Shown piece by piece: positions 26,382-39,800 of a stretch of 64,000 nt of DNA; position 1 is the stretch's first letter, and the number at the start of each line of letters is the position of its first letter. Under the pieces are notes generated by a model, which saw nothing but the letters and a program-made list of their open reading frames with translations, made no database searches and had not been told where the DNA came from. A program made the position numbers and the translations under genes. Source of the DNA: Mustelus asterias (Eukaryota); contig NW_027590264.1 in NCBI RefSeq assembly GCF_964213995.1, forward strand, positions 1 to 64,000. Reading direction: 5' to 3'.

Positions 26382-28050
26382 TTGGTTAAATCTCACGGGA
26401 TCCAGGGTGAGGTAGCCAAATGGATATAAAATAGGCTTGATGACAGAAGACAGAGGGTGGTTGTCGAGGGTTGTTTTTTTGGTCAAACTGGAGGCCTGTG
26501 ACCAACGGGGTGCCTCAGGGATCGGTGCTGGGTCCACTGTTATTGGTCATTGATATTAATGATTTGGATGAGAATTTAGGAGGCATGGTTTGTAAGTTTG
26601 CAGATGACACCAAGATTAGTGGCATAGTGGACAGTGAAGAAGGTTATCTAGGGTTGCAATGGGATATTGATCAGTTGGGCCAGTGGGCTGTTGAATGGCA
26701 GATGGAGTTTAATTTAGATAAATGCAAGGTGATACATTTTGGTGGATCGAACCAACACAGGACTTACTCAGTTAATGGTAGGGTGTTGGTGAGAGTTACA
26801 GAACAAAGGGATCTCGGGGTACAGATTGACAGCTCCTTGAAAGTGGAGTCACAGGTGGATAGAGTGGTGAAGAAGGCATGCCACATGCTTGGTTGCATTG
26901 GTCAGAACATGGAACACAGGAGTTGGGACGTCTTGTTGAAGTTGTACAGGACATTGGTAAGACCACACTTGGAATGCTGTGTATTGTTCTGGTCACCCTT
27001 ATAAAAAGGAGATTATTAAGCTCGAAAGTGTGCAGAAAAGAATGACTGGGATGCTATGGGGTCCTGATGGTTTGAGTTATAATGAGAGGCTGGATACTCT
27101 GGGACTTTTTTCCCTTGAGTTGGCTTAGTGGTGTTCTTATAGAGGTCTCTAAAATAATGAGGGCATGGATATAGCAGCTTTATCGAACCTTAGTTAGGCC
27201 GCACTTGGAATATAGTGTTCAATTCTGATCGACACACTACCAGAAAGATGTGGAGGCTTTGGAGAGGGTTCAGAAAAGATTTACCAGGATGTTTCCTAGG
27301 ATGGAGGGCATTAGCTCTGAGGAGAGATTGGAGAAACTTGGTTTGTTCTCACTGGAACGACGGAGGTTGAGGGGCGACCTGATAGAATTCGACAAGATTA
27401 TGAGGGGCATGGACAGAGTGGATAGTCAGAAGCTTTTTACCAGGGTGGAAGATTCAAAATCTAGGGGGCATAGGTTTAAGGTGTGAGGGGCAAGGTTTAA
27501 AGGAGATGTACAAGGCACGTTTTTTTACACAGAGGGTGGTGGGTGCCTGGAACTCGCTGCCGGGGGAGGTAGTGGAAGCAGATACGATAGTGAGTTTTAC
27601 GGAACGTCTGGACAAATACATGAATAGGATGGGAATAGAGGGATATGGTCCCCGGAAGGGTAGGGGGTTTTAGTTCAGTCGGGCAGCATGGTTGGTGCAG
27701 GCTTGGAGGGCCGAAGGGCCTGTTCCTGTGCTGTAATTCTCTTTGTTCTTTGATAAGCTCGTCAACATCTTTTCCAAAAGGGAGGGGAGTCTAAAACTAG
27801 AAGACATAGGTTTAAGGTGAGAGGGGAGAGGGTCCAGAGGGCAATTCTTTTCACACATAGGGTGGTGAGGGATTGGAACAAGCTGCCAGAGGTCGGAGTA
27901 GAAGCGGACACAATTTTATATTTTAAAAAGCATTTAGACAGTTATTCTGGTAAGATTGGTATGGAGGGATTTGGGCCAAAAGCAAGGCATTTGATACGAG
28001 CTTAATGGTAAAAACTGGGTGGCAGGGAAAAGTTGGGCCAAAGGGCCCAT
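26382..28050 (+). mobile_element. Nested CR1 LINE fragments (unit C copy)
   Basis: Paralog of 1-1640 that retains the FADD catalytic motif (KFADDTK). Confidence 0.92.
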
Positions 28051-29449
28051 TTGTATCTGAGCTCTGTTTTCTGCCCGGAAACCATTTCTCAATCCATCCC
28101 AGTATTTTCCAAATTTGTGGATGGGACACAGTAAATTGCCGTTTCCTGTCCAAAGCTGTGTTGGTTCGGTGGATTAAGGTAAATGTGTGGGGTTACGGGG
28201 ATAGGGCTGGGTCAAGGGCCTTGGTAAGATACTGTGTCAGAGAGTCAGTACAGACTCGATGGGCTGAATGGTCTCCTGCTGCACTGCAGGGAATCTGTGA
28301 CTCTACTATTAAGATCCCTTTGTCATTTGAAGCTTCCAGCTAAAATGCTGACAATGCTGCCTATTTCTGTGCACTTTGGCAAACGTTCTGTCTCATCACC
28401 GGGCGACACGGTGGCACAGTGGTTAGCACTGCTGACTCACAGCGCCAGGGATCTGGGTTCGATTCCCCGCCTCGAGTGACTGTCTGTGTGGAGTTTGCAC
28501 GTTTGCTAAATTGCCTCTTAGTGTCAGGGGGATTCGGGCCTGGGTGGGATTATTGTCGGGGCAGGCTTGTTGGGCTGAATGGCCTCATTCTGCAGTGTAG
28601 GAATTCTATGGCTCTTGGATCTTAAATGGCTGATAGAGTGAAACTGAGACACAAACTGGGGCTTTGCAGCAGCAGACAGAATGGGAATCATTGCATCCTG
28701 CAGGGATTTTTATTACAGAATCAATTTCAGAAAATTTACAACTCACAATTCACAACAGCAAAGTGTGGGATTGCAAACTTGGAATGATTAACCGCGGACT
28801 AAAGTTTAAAAGCTACAGATTGACATTCAGAAACAAGAGATGGCCTCACATCTTCAATTCTGTGATTGTCCCCCATCTCCTGCTCTGAATATTACAAAAT
28901 CTCTGCCCCCTTCATGCGTCTGGAGACTTTGAAAGTTACGCAGACATTGGTAAAACTTTCCTTTATCTCAAGGCATCTCCTGTGAAATACTCAACTTCTG
29001 CAAAGAGACACAATCTAATTGACACTTTCTGAATCTCCTTTCAAACAACCTCCCAACCCCACTGTGCAGGATGCAGGAATGTCACCTTTTGTCACATTCC
29101 CCAACACAATTGTTGACACCTTTTCGGGACAGGAAAAGTAGATTCAACTGACAGATTCTGAGCCCCAGGTTGAATCTTTAAGATGTAAAAATGAACTGAA
29201 ACCCCAGGTCTCTCTGTTCCTGCAAGTATTTTAACATTGGCCCATTGATTTTAAATTGCTTCTCCTGTGTGTAAAATACCATCTATCAACTTCAGGTTTG
29301 AACATTAATAAGTGACTGAGCATCAACTGTGAATTATAGAAGGTAGTTCCAAACTAATATCACACCTGGTGTGGCAAAGTGTTCCTGAATTTCACTCCGA
29401 AAAGTCGAAAACCCTAAACATTGTCTAAAATCCAATGTCCCCCAAGTCC

Positions 29450-32400
29450 TGTCCCCATCAAACACTCCCAGGACAGGTACAGCACAGGATTAGGTACAGA
29501 GTATAGCTCCCTCGACACTGTCCCCATTAAACACTCCCAGGACAGGTACAGCACGGGGTTAGATACAGAGTAAAGGTCCCTCTATACTGTCCCCCATCAA
29601 ACACTCGCAGGACAGGGACAGCACAGGGTAAGATACGGAGCAAAGCTCGCTCTACACTGTCCCCATAAAACACTTCCAGGAGAGATACAGCACGGGGTTA
29701 GATACAGAGTAAAGCTCCCTCTACACTGTCCCCCATCAAACACACCCAGGACAAGTACAGCACGTGTTTAGATACAGAGTGAAGCTCCCTCTACACTGTC
29801 CCCATCAAACACTCCGAGGACAGGTACAGCACGGGGTTAGATACAGAGTAAAGCTCCCTCTACACTGTCCCCCATCAAACACTCCCAGGACAGGTACAGC
29901 ACGGGTTTTGATACAGAGTGAAGCTCCCTCGACACTGTCCCCATCAAACACACCCAGGACAGGTACAGCACGGGGTTAGATACAGAGTGAAGCTCCCTAT
30001 ACACTGTCACTATCAAATAAACCAATGACAGATACAGCATGGTGCTAGATTAAAGGAAAAGCTGCCTCCACATTGTGCACATCAAACACACCCAGGACAG
30101 GTACAGCACGGGGTTCGATACAGCTCAAATCTTCCTCTACATTTTGCCCCATCACTGTGTGTGTGTGTATAAGAGAGTGTATGTGTGAGAGAGAGTGTGT
30201 GTGTGTGTGAGAGAGAGAGAGTGTGCGAGAGAGAGAGCGTGTGTGCGAGAGAGAGTGTGTGCGAGAGAGAGTGTGTGCGAGAGAGAGTGTGTGCGTGAGA
30301 GAGTGTGTGTGTGAGAGAGTGTGTGTGTGAGAGAGTGTGTGTGTGAGAGGGAGTATATGCTTGAGAGAGAGTGTATGTGTGTGAGAGAGAGTGAATGTGT
30401 GTGAGAGAGTGAGTGTATGTGTGTGTGAGAGACTGAGTGCATGTGTGTGAGAGTGTGACAGTGAGAGAGAGTGCATGGGTGAGAGTGTGTGAGCGTGAAA
30501 GTGTGTGTGAGAGAATGTGTGTGAGAGAGAAAGTGTGGGTGTGTGTGAGAGAGAGTGTGCGAGAGAGAGAGTGTGTACGAGAGAGAGAGTGTGTTCGAGA
30601 GAGAGAGTGCGAGAGAGAGAGTGTGTGCGAGAGAGAGAGTGCGAGAGAGAGTGTGTGTGTGAGAGAGAGAGTGTGTGTGTGAGAGAGAGTGCGTACGAGA
30701 GAGAGAGCGTGTGCGAGAGAGAGAGCGTGGGCGTGAGAGAGAGTGTGTGAGAGAGAGAGAGTGTGTGCGAGAGAGAGANNNNNNNNNNNNNNNNNNNNNN
30801 NNNNNNNNNNNNNNNNNNNNNNNNNNNNNNNNNNNNNNNNNNNNNNNNNNNNNNNNNNNNNNNNNNNNNNNNNNNNNNNNNNNNNNNNNNNNNNNNNNNN
30901 NNNNNNNNNNNNNNNNNNNNNNGAGAGAGAGTGTGTGCGAGAGAGAGAGTGTGTGCGAGAGAGAGAGCGTGTGTGTGAGAGAGACCGTGTGCGAGAGAGA
31001 GAGTGTGTGTGTGTGAGAGAGAGTGTGTGCGTGAGAGAGAGAGTGTGTGTGTGAGAGAGAGAGAGAGTGCGTGAGAGAGAGTGTGTGCGTGAGAGAGAGT
31101 GTATGTGTGTGAGAGAGAGAGTGTATGTGTGTGAGAGAGTGAGTGTATGTGTGTGTGAGAGGGAGTGTATGTGTGTGAGAGAGAGTGTATGTGCGTGTGA
31201 GAGACTGAGTGCATGTGTGTGAGAGTGTGTCAGTGAGAGAGAATGCATGGGTGAGAGTGTGTGAGCGTGAAAGTGTGTGTGAGAGAATGTGTGAGAGAGA
31301 AAGTGTGTGTGAGAGAGAAAGTGTGTGAGAGAGAGAAAGCGTGTGTGACAGAGAGAAAGAGCATGTGTGTGAGTGAGAGAGTGCGTAAGAGATAGTGTAT
31401 GTGTGTGTGAGAGGCAGAGAGAGCGTGTGTGTATGTGTGTGTGTGTGTGTCTGAGAGTGTGTAAGGAGAGCGTGTGTGTGACCTGATCTTCCTCGGCAGT
31501 CTATCAGTAACTGAATCACGGGATTAGATGCAAAGTAAAGCTCCCTTGACACTGTTCCCATCAAACACACCCAGGAAAGGTACAGGTACAGCACAGAGTT
31601 CGATACAGAGTAAAGCTCTCTCTCCACTGTCCCCATCCAACACACCCAGGACAGATACAGCACGGGGTTAGATACAGCGTAAAGCTCCCACTACACTGTC
31701 CCCATCAAACACTCCCAGGACAGTTACAGCACGGGGTTAGATACAGATTAAAGCTCACTGTCCACTGTCCCCATCAAACCGTCCCAGAACAGATACAGCA
31801 CGGGGTTAGATATAGGGTAAAGCTCCCTCTACACTGTCCCCATCAAACAAACCAAGGACAGATACAGCACGGGGTTAGATACAGAGTAAAGCTCCCTCTG
31901 CACTGTCCCCAACAAACTCGCCCAGGACAGGTACAGCACGGGTTTAGATACAGAGTAAAGCTCCCTCGAGACTGTCCCCATCAAACACTCCCAGGACAGG
32001 TACAGCACAGGGTTAGATACAGAATAAAGCTCCCTCTACACTGTCCCCATCAAACACTCCCAGGACAGGTACAGCACGGGGTTAGATACAGAGTAAAGCT
32101 CCCTCTACACTGTCCCCCATCAAACACTCCCAGGACAGGTACAGCACGGGGTTAGATACAGAGTAAAGCTCCCTTTACACTGTCCCCCATCAAACACTCC
32201 CAGGACAGGTACAGCACAGGGTTAGATACAGAGTAAAGCTCCCTCTACACTGTCCCCATCAAACACTCCCAGGACAGGTACAGCACGGGGTTAGATACAG
32301 AGTAAAGCTCCCTCTACACTGTCCCCCATCAAACACTCCCAGGACAGGTACAGCACGGGGTTAGATACAGAGTAAAGCTCCCTCGAGACTGTCCCCATCA

Positions 32401-35400
32401 AACACTCCCAGGACAGGTACAACACGGGGTTAGATACAGAGTAAAGCTCCCTCTACACTGTCCCCATCAAACACTCCCAGGACAGGTACAGCACAGGGTT
32501 AGATACAGAGTAAAGCTCCCTCTACACTGTCCTCATCAAACACTCCCAGGACAGGGACAGCACGGGTTTAGATACAGAGTGAAGCTCGCTCGACACTGTC
32601 CCCATCAAACACTCCCAGGACAGGTACAGCACGGGTTTAGATACAGAGTAAAGCTCTCTCTACACTGTTCCCATCAAACACTCCCAGGACAGGGACAGCA
32701 TGGGTTAGATACAGAGTAAAGCTCCCTCTGCACTATCCCCATCAAACACTCCAAGAACAGATACAGCAGGGGGTTAGATATGGAGTAAAGCTCCCTCTAC
32801 AATATCCCCATCAGACAAACCAAGGACAGGTACAGCACGGGGTTAGATATAGAGTAAAGCTCCCTCGACACTGTCCCCATCAAAGACTCCCAGGACAGGT
32901 ACAGCACGGGGTTAGATACAGAGTAAAGCTCCCTCTGCACTATCCCCATCAAACACTCCAAGAACAGATACAGCAGGGGGTTAGATATGGAGTAAAGCTC
33001 CCTCTACAATATCCCCATCAGACAAACCAAGGACAGGTACAGCACGGGGTTAGATACAGAGTAAAGCTCCCTCTTCACTGTCCCCATGAAACACTCCCAG
33101 GACAGGTACAGCAAGTGGTTAGATATAGAGTAAAGCTCCCTTGACACTGTCCCCATCAAACACTCCCAGGACAGCTACAGCATGGGGTTAGATACAGTGT
33201 AAATCTCCCTCTACACTGTCCCCATCAACACTCCCGGAACAGATATAAGATAATGCGGGGGCTGGATAGGGTGGAGGCGGAGAGATTCTTTCCACTTAGT
33301 AAGGAAGTTAAAACTAGAGGACACAGCCTCAAAATAAAGGGGGGTCGGTTTAAGACAGAGTTGAGGAGGAACTTCTTCCCCCAGAGGGTGGTGAATCTCT
33401 GGAATTCTCTCCCCACTGAGGTGGTGGAGGCTACCTCGCTGAATATGTTTAAAGCGCGGATGGATGGATTCCTGATCGGTAAGGGAATTAAGGGTTATGG
33501 GGATCAGGCGGGTAAGTGGTACTGATCCACGTCAGATCAGCCATGATCTTATTGAATGGCGGGGCAGGCTCGAGGGGCTAGATGGCCTACTCCTGCTCCT
33601 ATTTCTTATGCTCTTATGTTCTAACAGATACAGCACGGGGTGAGATACAGAATAAATCTCCGTCTACACTGTCCCCATCAAACACTCCCAGCACAGGTAC
33701 AGCAAGTGGTTAGATATAGAGTAAAGCTCCCACTTCACTGTCCTCATCAAACACTCCCACGACAGATACAGCAAGTGGTTAGATATAGAGTAAAGCTCCC
33801 ACTTCACTGTCCTCATCAAACACTCCCAGGACATGTACAGCACAGGGTTAGATGCAGAGTGAAGCTCCCTCTACACTATCAACATCAAACACTCCCAGGA
33901 CATGTACAGCACGGGTTTAGATACAGACTGAAGCTCCCTCGACACTGTCCCCATCAAACACTCCCAGGACAGGTACAGCACGGGGTGAGATACAGAGTGA
34001 CGCTCCCTATACACTGTCCCCATCAAATAATCCAATGACAGATACAGCATGGTGCGAGATTAAAGGAAAAGCTGCCTCCACATTGTGCACATCAAACACA
34101 CCCAGGACAGGTACAGCACGGGGTTAGATACAGCTCAAATCTTNNNNNNNNNNNNNNNNNNNNNNNNNNNNNNNNNNNNNNNNNNNNNNNNNNNNNNNNN
34201 NNNNNNNNNNNNNNNNNNNNNNNNNNNNNNNNNNNNNNNNNNNNNNNNNNNNNNNNNNNNNNNNNNNNNNNNNNNNNNNNNNNNNNNNNNNNNNNNNNNN
34301 NNNNNNNNNNNNNNNNNNNNNNNNNNNNNNNNNNNNNNNNNNNNNNNNNNNNNNNNNNNNNNNNNNNNNNNNNNNNNNNNNNNNNNNNNNNNNNNNNNNN
34401 NNNNNNNNNNNNNNNNNNNNNNNNNNNNNNNNNNNNNNTGTGTGAGAGTGATTGTGTGTGTGAGAGTGATTGTGTGTGTGAGAGTGTGTGTGTGCGAGAG
34501 AGAGAGTATATGGTTGAGAGAGAGTGTATGTGTGAGAGAGTGTATGTGTGAGAGAGTGAGTGTAGCTGTGTGTGTGAGAGACTGAGTGCATGTGTGTGAG
34601 AGTGTGTCAGTGAGAGAGAATGCATGGGTGAGAGTGTGTGTGAGAGAATGTGTGTGAGAGAGAAAGTGTGTGAGAGAGAGAGAAAGAGTGTGTGTGACAG
34701 AGAGAAAGAGCATGTGTGTGAGTGAGAGAGTGCGTAAGAGATAGTGTATGTGTGTGTGAGAGACAGAGAGAGCATGTGTGTGTGTTTGAGTGTGTGTGTG
34801 TCTGAGAGTGTGTAAGGAGAGTGTGTGTGTGACCTGATCTTCCTCTACAGTCTATCAGTAACTGAATCACGGGATTAGATGCAAAGTAAAGCTCCCTCGA
34901 CACTGTTCCCATCAAACACTCCCAGGAAAGGTACAGGTACAGCACAGAGTTCGATACAGAGTAAAGCTCTCTCTACACTGTCCCCATCCAACACTCCCAG
35001 GACAGGTACAGCACGGGGTTAGATACAGAGTAAAGCTCCCTCTGCACTGTTCCCATCAAACACACCCAGGACAGGTACAGCACGGGGTTAGATACAGAGT
35101 AAAGCTCCCTCGTCACTGTCCCCATGAAACACTTCCAGGACAGGTACAGCACAGGGTTAGATACAGATAAAGCTCCCTCTACACTGTCACTATCAAATAA
35201 CTATCAAATCTCCACATCATGACAATCAAATATTCCAATGACAGATACAGCATGGGGATAGATGCAGGGAAAAGCTGCCTCCACATCAAACACACCCAGG
35301 ACAGGTACAGCATCGGGTGAGATACAGCGTAAATCTCCCTCCACATTGTGTGTGTGAGAGAGAATGTGTGTGTGTGAGAGAGAGAATATGAGTTTGTGTG

Positions 35401-36150
35401 TGTGTGTGAGAGGGAGAGTGTGAGAAAGAGAGACAATGTGTGATGGAGACNNNNNNNNNNNNNNNNNNNNNNNNNNNNNNNNNNNNNNNNNNNNNNNNNN
35501 NNNNNNNNNNNNNNNNNNNNNNNNNNNNNNNNNNNNNNNNNNNNNNNNNNNNNNNNNNNNNNNNNNNNNNNNNNNNNNNNNNNNNNNNNNNNNNNNNNNN
35601 NNNNNNNNNGTCTGAGAGTGTGAGAGAGTGTGTGTGCGAGAGAGAGAGAGCGTGTGTGTGTGAGAGTGTGTGTGTGTGTGTGTGTGAGATAGTATGTGTG
35701 TGTCTGAGAGTGTGAGAGAGTGTGTGTGTGAGAGAGAGCGTGTGTGCGCGTGAGATTATGTGTGTGTCTAAGAGTGTGTAAGAGAGAGTGTGTGTGTGTG
35801 AGAGAGTGTGTGTGTGTGAGATTATGTGTGTGTCTANNNNNNNNNNNNNNNNNNNNNNNNNNNNNNNNNNNNNNNNNNNNNNNNNNNNNNNNNNNNNNNN
35901 NNNNNNNNNNNNNNNNNNNNNNNNNNNNNNNNNNNNNNNNNNNNNNNNNNNNNNNNNNNNNNNNNNNNNNNNNNNNNNNNNNNNNNNNNNNNNNNNNNNN
36001 NNNNNNNNNNNNNNNNNNNNNNNNNNNNNNNNNNNNNNNNNNNNNNNCTAAGAGTGTGAGAGAGTGTGTGTGCGAGAGAGAGAGAGCGTGTGTGTGTGTG
36101 AGATTATGTGTGTGTCTAAGAGTGTGTAAGAGAGAGTGTGTGTGTGTGAG
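29450..36150. repeat. 69-bp satellite / (GA,GT)n cassettes, unit C (satellite at ~29450-30150, 31517-34143, 34868-35348)
   Basis: Same monomer; colinear with unit B. Confidence 0.95.
33246..33622 (+). mobile_element. Paralogous CR1 insertion in the unit C satellite
   Basis: Same element and TSD (33238-33245 and 33623-33630). Confidence 0.9.
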
Positions 36151-36931
36151 CTGATCTTTTTCTACACCCTATCAGTAACTGCAACACTATATTCTGCACC
36201 CTTTCCTCTCCTTCTCCCCTGTGCACTCTATGTACAGAATGTTTTGTCTGTATAGCGCACAAGAAACAATACTTCTCACTGCATCCCAATACAAATCAAT
36301 CAAATCAAATCAAATTAACACGGTGAAGTTTGGACCCTGTGGGGTGACAGTTGTCTGAATACAGATTCTATCTTATTGTAACATTCAGGTACCACGTGTA
36401 CTGAGCTCACCAGCGTTCTGTCTGTATTGGGTGAATCCAGTCTTGAAATATCCACTCATGTTGCTAATTCTGCCAAGACAGAAACAGAAAGAGTGTTTGA
36501 ATTCTCCGTGATTAGACCCCTTAACGATAAACAACATGGTGGATGAGAGGGATAGAGAGGGAGAGAGGAAGAGAGAGAGATGGAGCGATGCAGAGTAACA
36601 GAGAGATAGGGAGAGGGAGCAATGCAGAGAGTAACAGTTAGACAGTGAGGAATAGAGATTAATTCAGATGGGTAGTTAGTGTCAGGGGAGTCCAAGACGC
36701 TACATAAGCAAGGTAAAGATTTGAAAATGGAGGAGTGTTTCTTACCCACTTTTAAAAGACAATCCACACTCACACCAGTCACATTTCACACTCTCTGCTC
36801 AGTCCTGTGTTGGGGGGTTTTGAGTGTGTAATCAGTGTTTGCTTTTCTCAAACCGCACTGATATTCCCAACAAGGGCAAGAGGTTTCAGTGTTTAAACAT
36901 GTAAACATTTAAAAACAAAAGCAGACAGGAT

Positions 36932-37218
36932 TTGGTTAAATCTCACGGGATCCAGGGTGAGGTCGCCAAATGGATATAAAATTGGCTTGATGACAGAAGA
37001 CAGAGGGTGGTTGTCGAGGGTTGTTTTTTTTGGTCAAACTGGAGGCCTGTGACCAGCGGGGTGCCTCAGGGATCGGTGCTGGGTCCACTGTTATTGGTCA
37101 TTTATATTAATGATTTGGATGAGAATTTAGGAGGCATGGTTTGTAAATTTGCAGATGACACCAAGATTAGTGGCATAGTGGACAGTGAAGAAGGTTATCT
37201 AGGGTTGCAATGGGATCT
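36932..37218 (+). mobile_element. CR1 RT fragment (unit D), cut off by a microsatellite
   Basis: VPQGSVLGPLL...KFADDTK...LQWDL, then an abrupt switch to (GAGACAGAGAGTGTGT)n. Confidence 0.9.
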
Positions 37219-37229
37219 CTCACAAACTC

Positions 37230-39480
37230 TCTGTGTGTGAGCGAGACAGAGAGTGTGTGAGAGAGACAGAGAGTGTGTGTGTGAGAGACAGAGAGTGTGT
37301 GTGAGAGAGACAGAGTGTGTGTGAGCGAGACAGAGAGTGTGTGAGAGAGACAGAGAGTGTGAGCGAGACAGAGAGTGTGTGAGCGAGACAGAGAGTGTGT
37401 GTGAGAGACAGAGAGTGTGTGTGAGAGACAGAGAGTGTGTGAGCGAGACAGAGAGTTTGTGTGAGCGAGACAGAGAGTGTGCGTGAGAGACAGAGAGTGT
37501 GTGTGAGAGAGACAGAGAGTGTGTGTGAGAGAGACAGCGAGTGTGTGAGCGAGACAGAGAGTGTGTGTGAGAGAGACAGAGAGTGTGTGAGCGAGACAGA
37601 GAGTGTGTGTGTGAGAGACAGAGTGTGTGTGTGTGAGAGACAGAGTGTGTGTGAGCGAGACAGAGAGTGTGTGAGACAGTGTGTGTGAGAGAGACAGAGA
37701 GTGTGTGTGAGAGACAGAGAGTGTGTGTGAGCGACAGAGAGTGTGTGTGAGAGACAGAGAGTGTGTGTGAGAGAGACAGAGAGTGTGAGCGAGACAGAGA
37801 GTGTGTGAGCGAGACAGAGAGTGTGTGTGAGAGACAGAGAGTGTGTGTGAGAGACAGAGAGTGTGTGAGCGAGACAGAGAGTGTGTGTGAGCGAGACAGA
37901 GTGTGTGTGAGAGACAGAGAGTGTGTGAGAGACAGAGAGTGTGTGAGAGACAGAGTGTGTGTGAGAGACAGAGTGTGTGTGAGCGAGACAGAGAGTGTGC
38001 GTGAGCGAGACAGAGAGTGTGCGTGAGCGAGACAGAGAGTGTGCGTGAGAGACAGAGAGTGTGCGTGAGAGACAGAGAGTGTGCGTGAGAGACAGAGAGT
38101 GTGTGAGAGAGACAGGGTGTGAGAGAGACAGGGTGTGTGAGAGACAGGGTGTGTGAGAGACAGGGTGTGTGAGAGACAGGGTGTGTGAGAGACAGGGTGT
38201 GTGAGAGACAGGGTGTGTGAGAGACAGGGTGTGTGAGAGACAGCGTGTGTGAGAGACAGCGTGTGTGAGAGACAGCGTGTGTGAGAGACAGCGTGTGTGA
38301 GAGACAGCGTGTGTGAGAGACAGAGTGTGTGAGAGACAGAGTGTGTGAGAGACAGAGTGTGTGAGAGACAGAGTGTGTGAGAGACAGAGTGTGTGAGAGA
38401 CAGAGTGTGTGTGAGAGAGACAGAGAGTGTGTGTGAGAGAGATAGAGTGTGTGTGTGAGAGAGACAGAGTGTGTGTGAGAGAGACAGAGAGTGTGTGTGA
38501 GAGACAGAGAGTGTGTGAGAGACAGAGAGTGTGTGAGAGAGACAGAGAGTGTGTGTGAGCGAGGCAGAGAGTGTGTGTGAGCGAGGCAGAGAGTGTGTGA
38601 GCGAGACAGAGTGTGTGTGAGCGAGACAGAGTGTGTGTGAGCGAGACAGAGTGTGTGTGAGCGAGACAGAGTGTGTGTGAGCGAGACAGAGTGTGTGTGA
38701 GCGAGACAGTGTGTGTGAGCGAGACAGAGTGTGTGTGAGCGAGACAGAGTGTGTGTGAGCGAGACAGAGTGTGTGTGAGCGAGACAGAGTGTGTGTGAGC
38801 GAGACAGACTGTGTGTTTGAGAGACAGACTGTGTGTGTGAGAGACAGAGTGTGTGTGTGAGAGACAGAGTGTGTGAGAGACAGAGAGTGTGTGAGAGACA
38901 GAGAGTGTGTGAGAGACAGAGTGTGTGAGAGACAGAGTGTGTGAGAGACAGAGTGTGTGAGAGACAGAGTGTGTGAGAGACAGAGTGTGTGAGAGACAGA
39001 GTGTGTGAGAGACAGAGTGTGTGAGAGNNNNNNNNNNNNNNNNNNNNNNNNNNNNNNNNNNNNNNNNNNNNNNNNNNNNNNNNNNNNNNNNNNNNNNNNN
39101 NNNNNNNNNNNNNNNNNNNNNNNNNNNNNNNNNNNNNNNNNNNNNNNNNNNNNNNNNNNNNNNNNNNNNNNNNNNNNNNNNNNNNNNNNAGTGTTTGTGA
39201 GAGACAGAGAGTGTGTGTGAGAGACAGAGAGTGTGTGAGAGAGACAGAGAGTGTGTGAGAGACAGAGAGTGTGTGAGAGACAGAGAGTGTGTGTGCGTGC
39301 AAGTGAGTGAATGTGAGTGTGTGTGAGGGAGTATTCATGTGTGTGTTGATGAGAGTGTGTTAAAGCGAGTGTTTATGAGAGTGAGTGTGTGTGTGAGCAA
39401 GTGTGCAAGAGGGAGTGTGTAAAAGTGAGTATGTGTGTAATGTGTGTGAGACTGAGTAAGTGTACAACAGTGAGTGAGTG
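37230..39480. repeat. Compound microsatellite/minisatellite (GAGACAGAGAGTGTGT)n variants
   Basis: Directly visible; it is the source of the spurious 723-aa ORF. Confidence 0.95.
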
Positions 39481-39504
39481 CTGGCGGGAGAGTGCAGGAG
39501 TGTT

Positions 39505-39800
39505 AAGTTTCAGTTTATTTACGAGTGTCACAAGTAGGTTTACATTAACACTGCAATGAAGTTACTGTGAGAATCCCCGAGTCGCCACACTCCGGCGCCT
39601 GTTCGGGTCACACTGAGGGAGAATTTAGCACGGCCAATGCACCCTAACCAGCACGTCTTTCAGACTGTGGGAGGAAACCGGAGCACCCGGAGGAAACCCA
39701 CGCAGACACGGGGAGAACGTGCAGACTCCGCACAGACAGTGACCCAAGCCGGGAATCAAACCCGGGTCCCTGGCGCTGTGAGGCAGCAGTGCTAACCACC
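39505..39800 (-). mobile_element. Near full-length HE1-like V-SINE with a non-CR1 3' tail
   Basis: Reverse complement: GGTGGTTAGCACTGCTGCCTCACAGCGCCAGGGACCCGGGTTTGATTCCC head, V-domain, and tail CAGTAACTTCATTGCAGTGTTAATGTAAACCTACTTGTGACACT...AATAAACT. Confidence 0.88.

Larger units (their letters stand above)
1..37218 (+). repeat. Tandem segmental-duplication (macrosatellite) array: units A (1-~14935), B (~14935-26335), C (~26335-36885), truncated D (~36885-37218)
   Basis: The same CR1 position recurs at 1, 15014, 26410 and 36960. In A, B and C it is followed by near-identical nested CR1, SINEs and a non-repetitive segment (matching ORF sets at 70/15075/26471). Confidence 0.95.

Noticed and set aside
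4010-39338. Long ORFs rich in S/H/T/L or R/E/C/V (up to 927 aa)
   Set aside because: Translations of (GA/GT)n microsatellites and N-runs, which lack stop codons.
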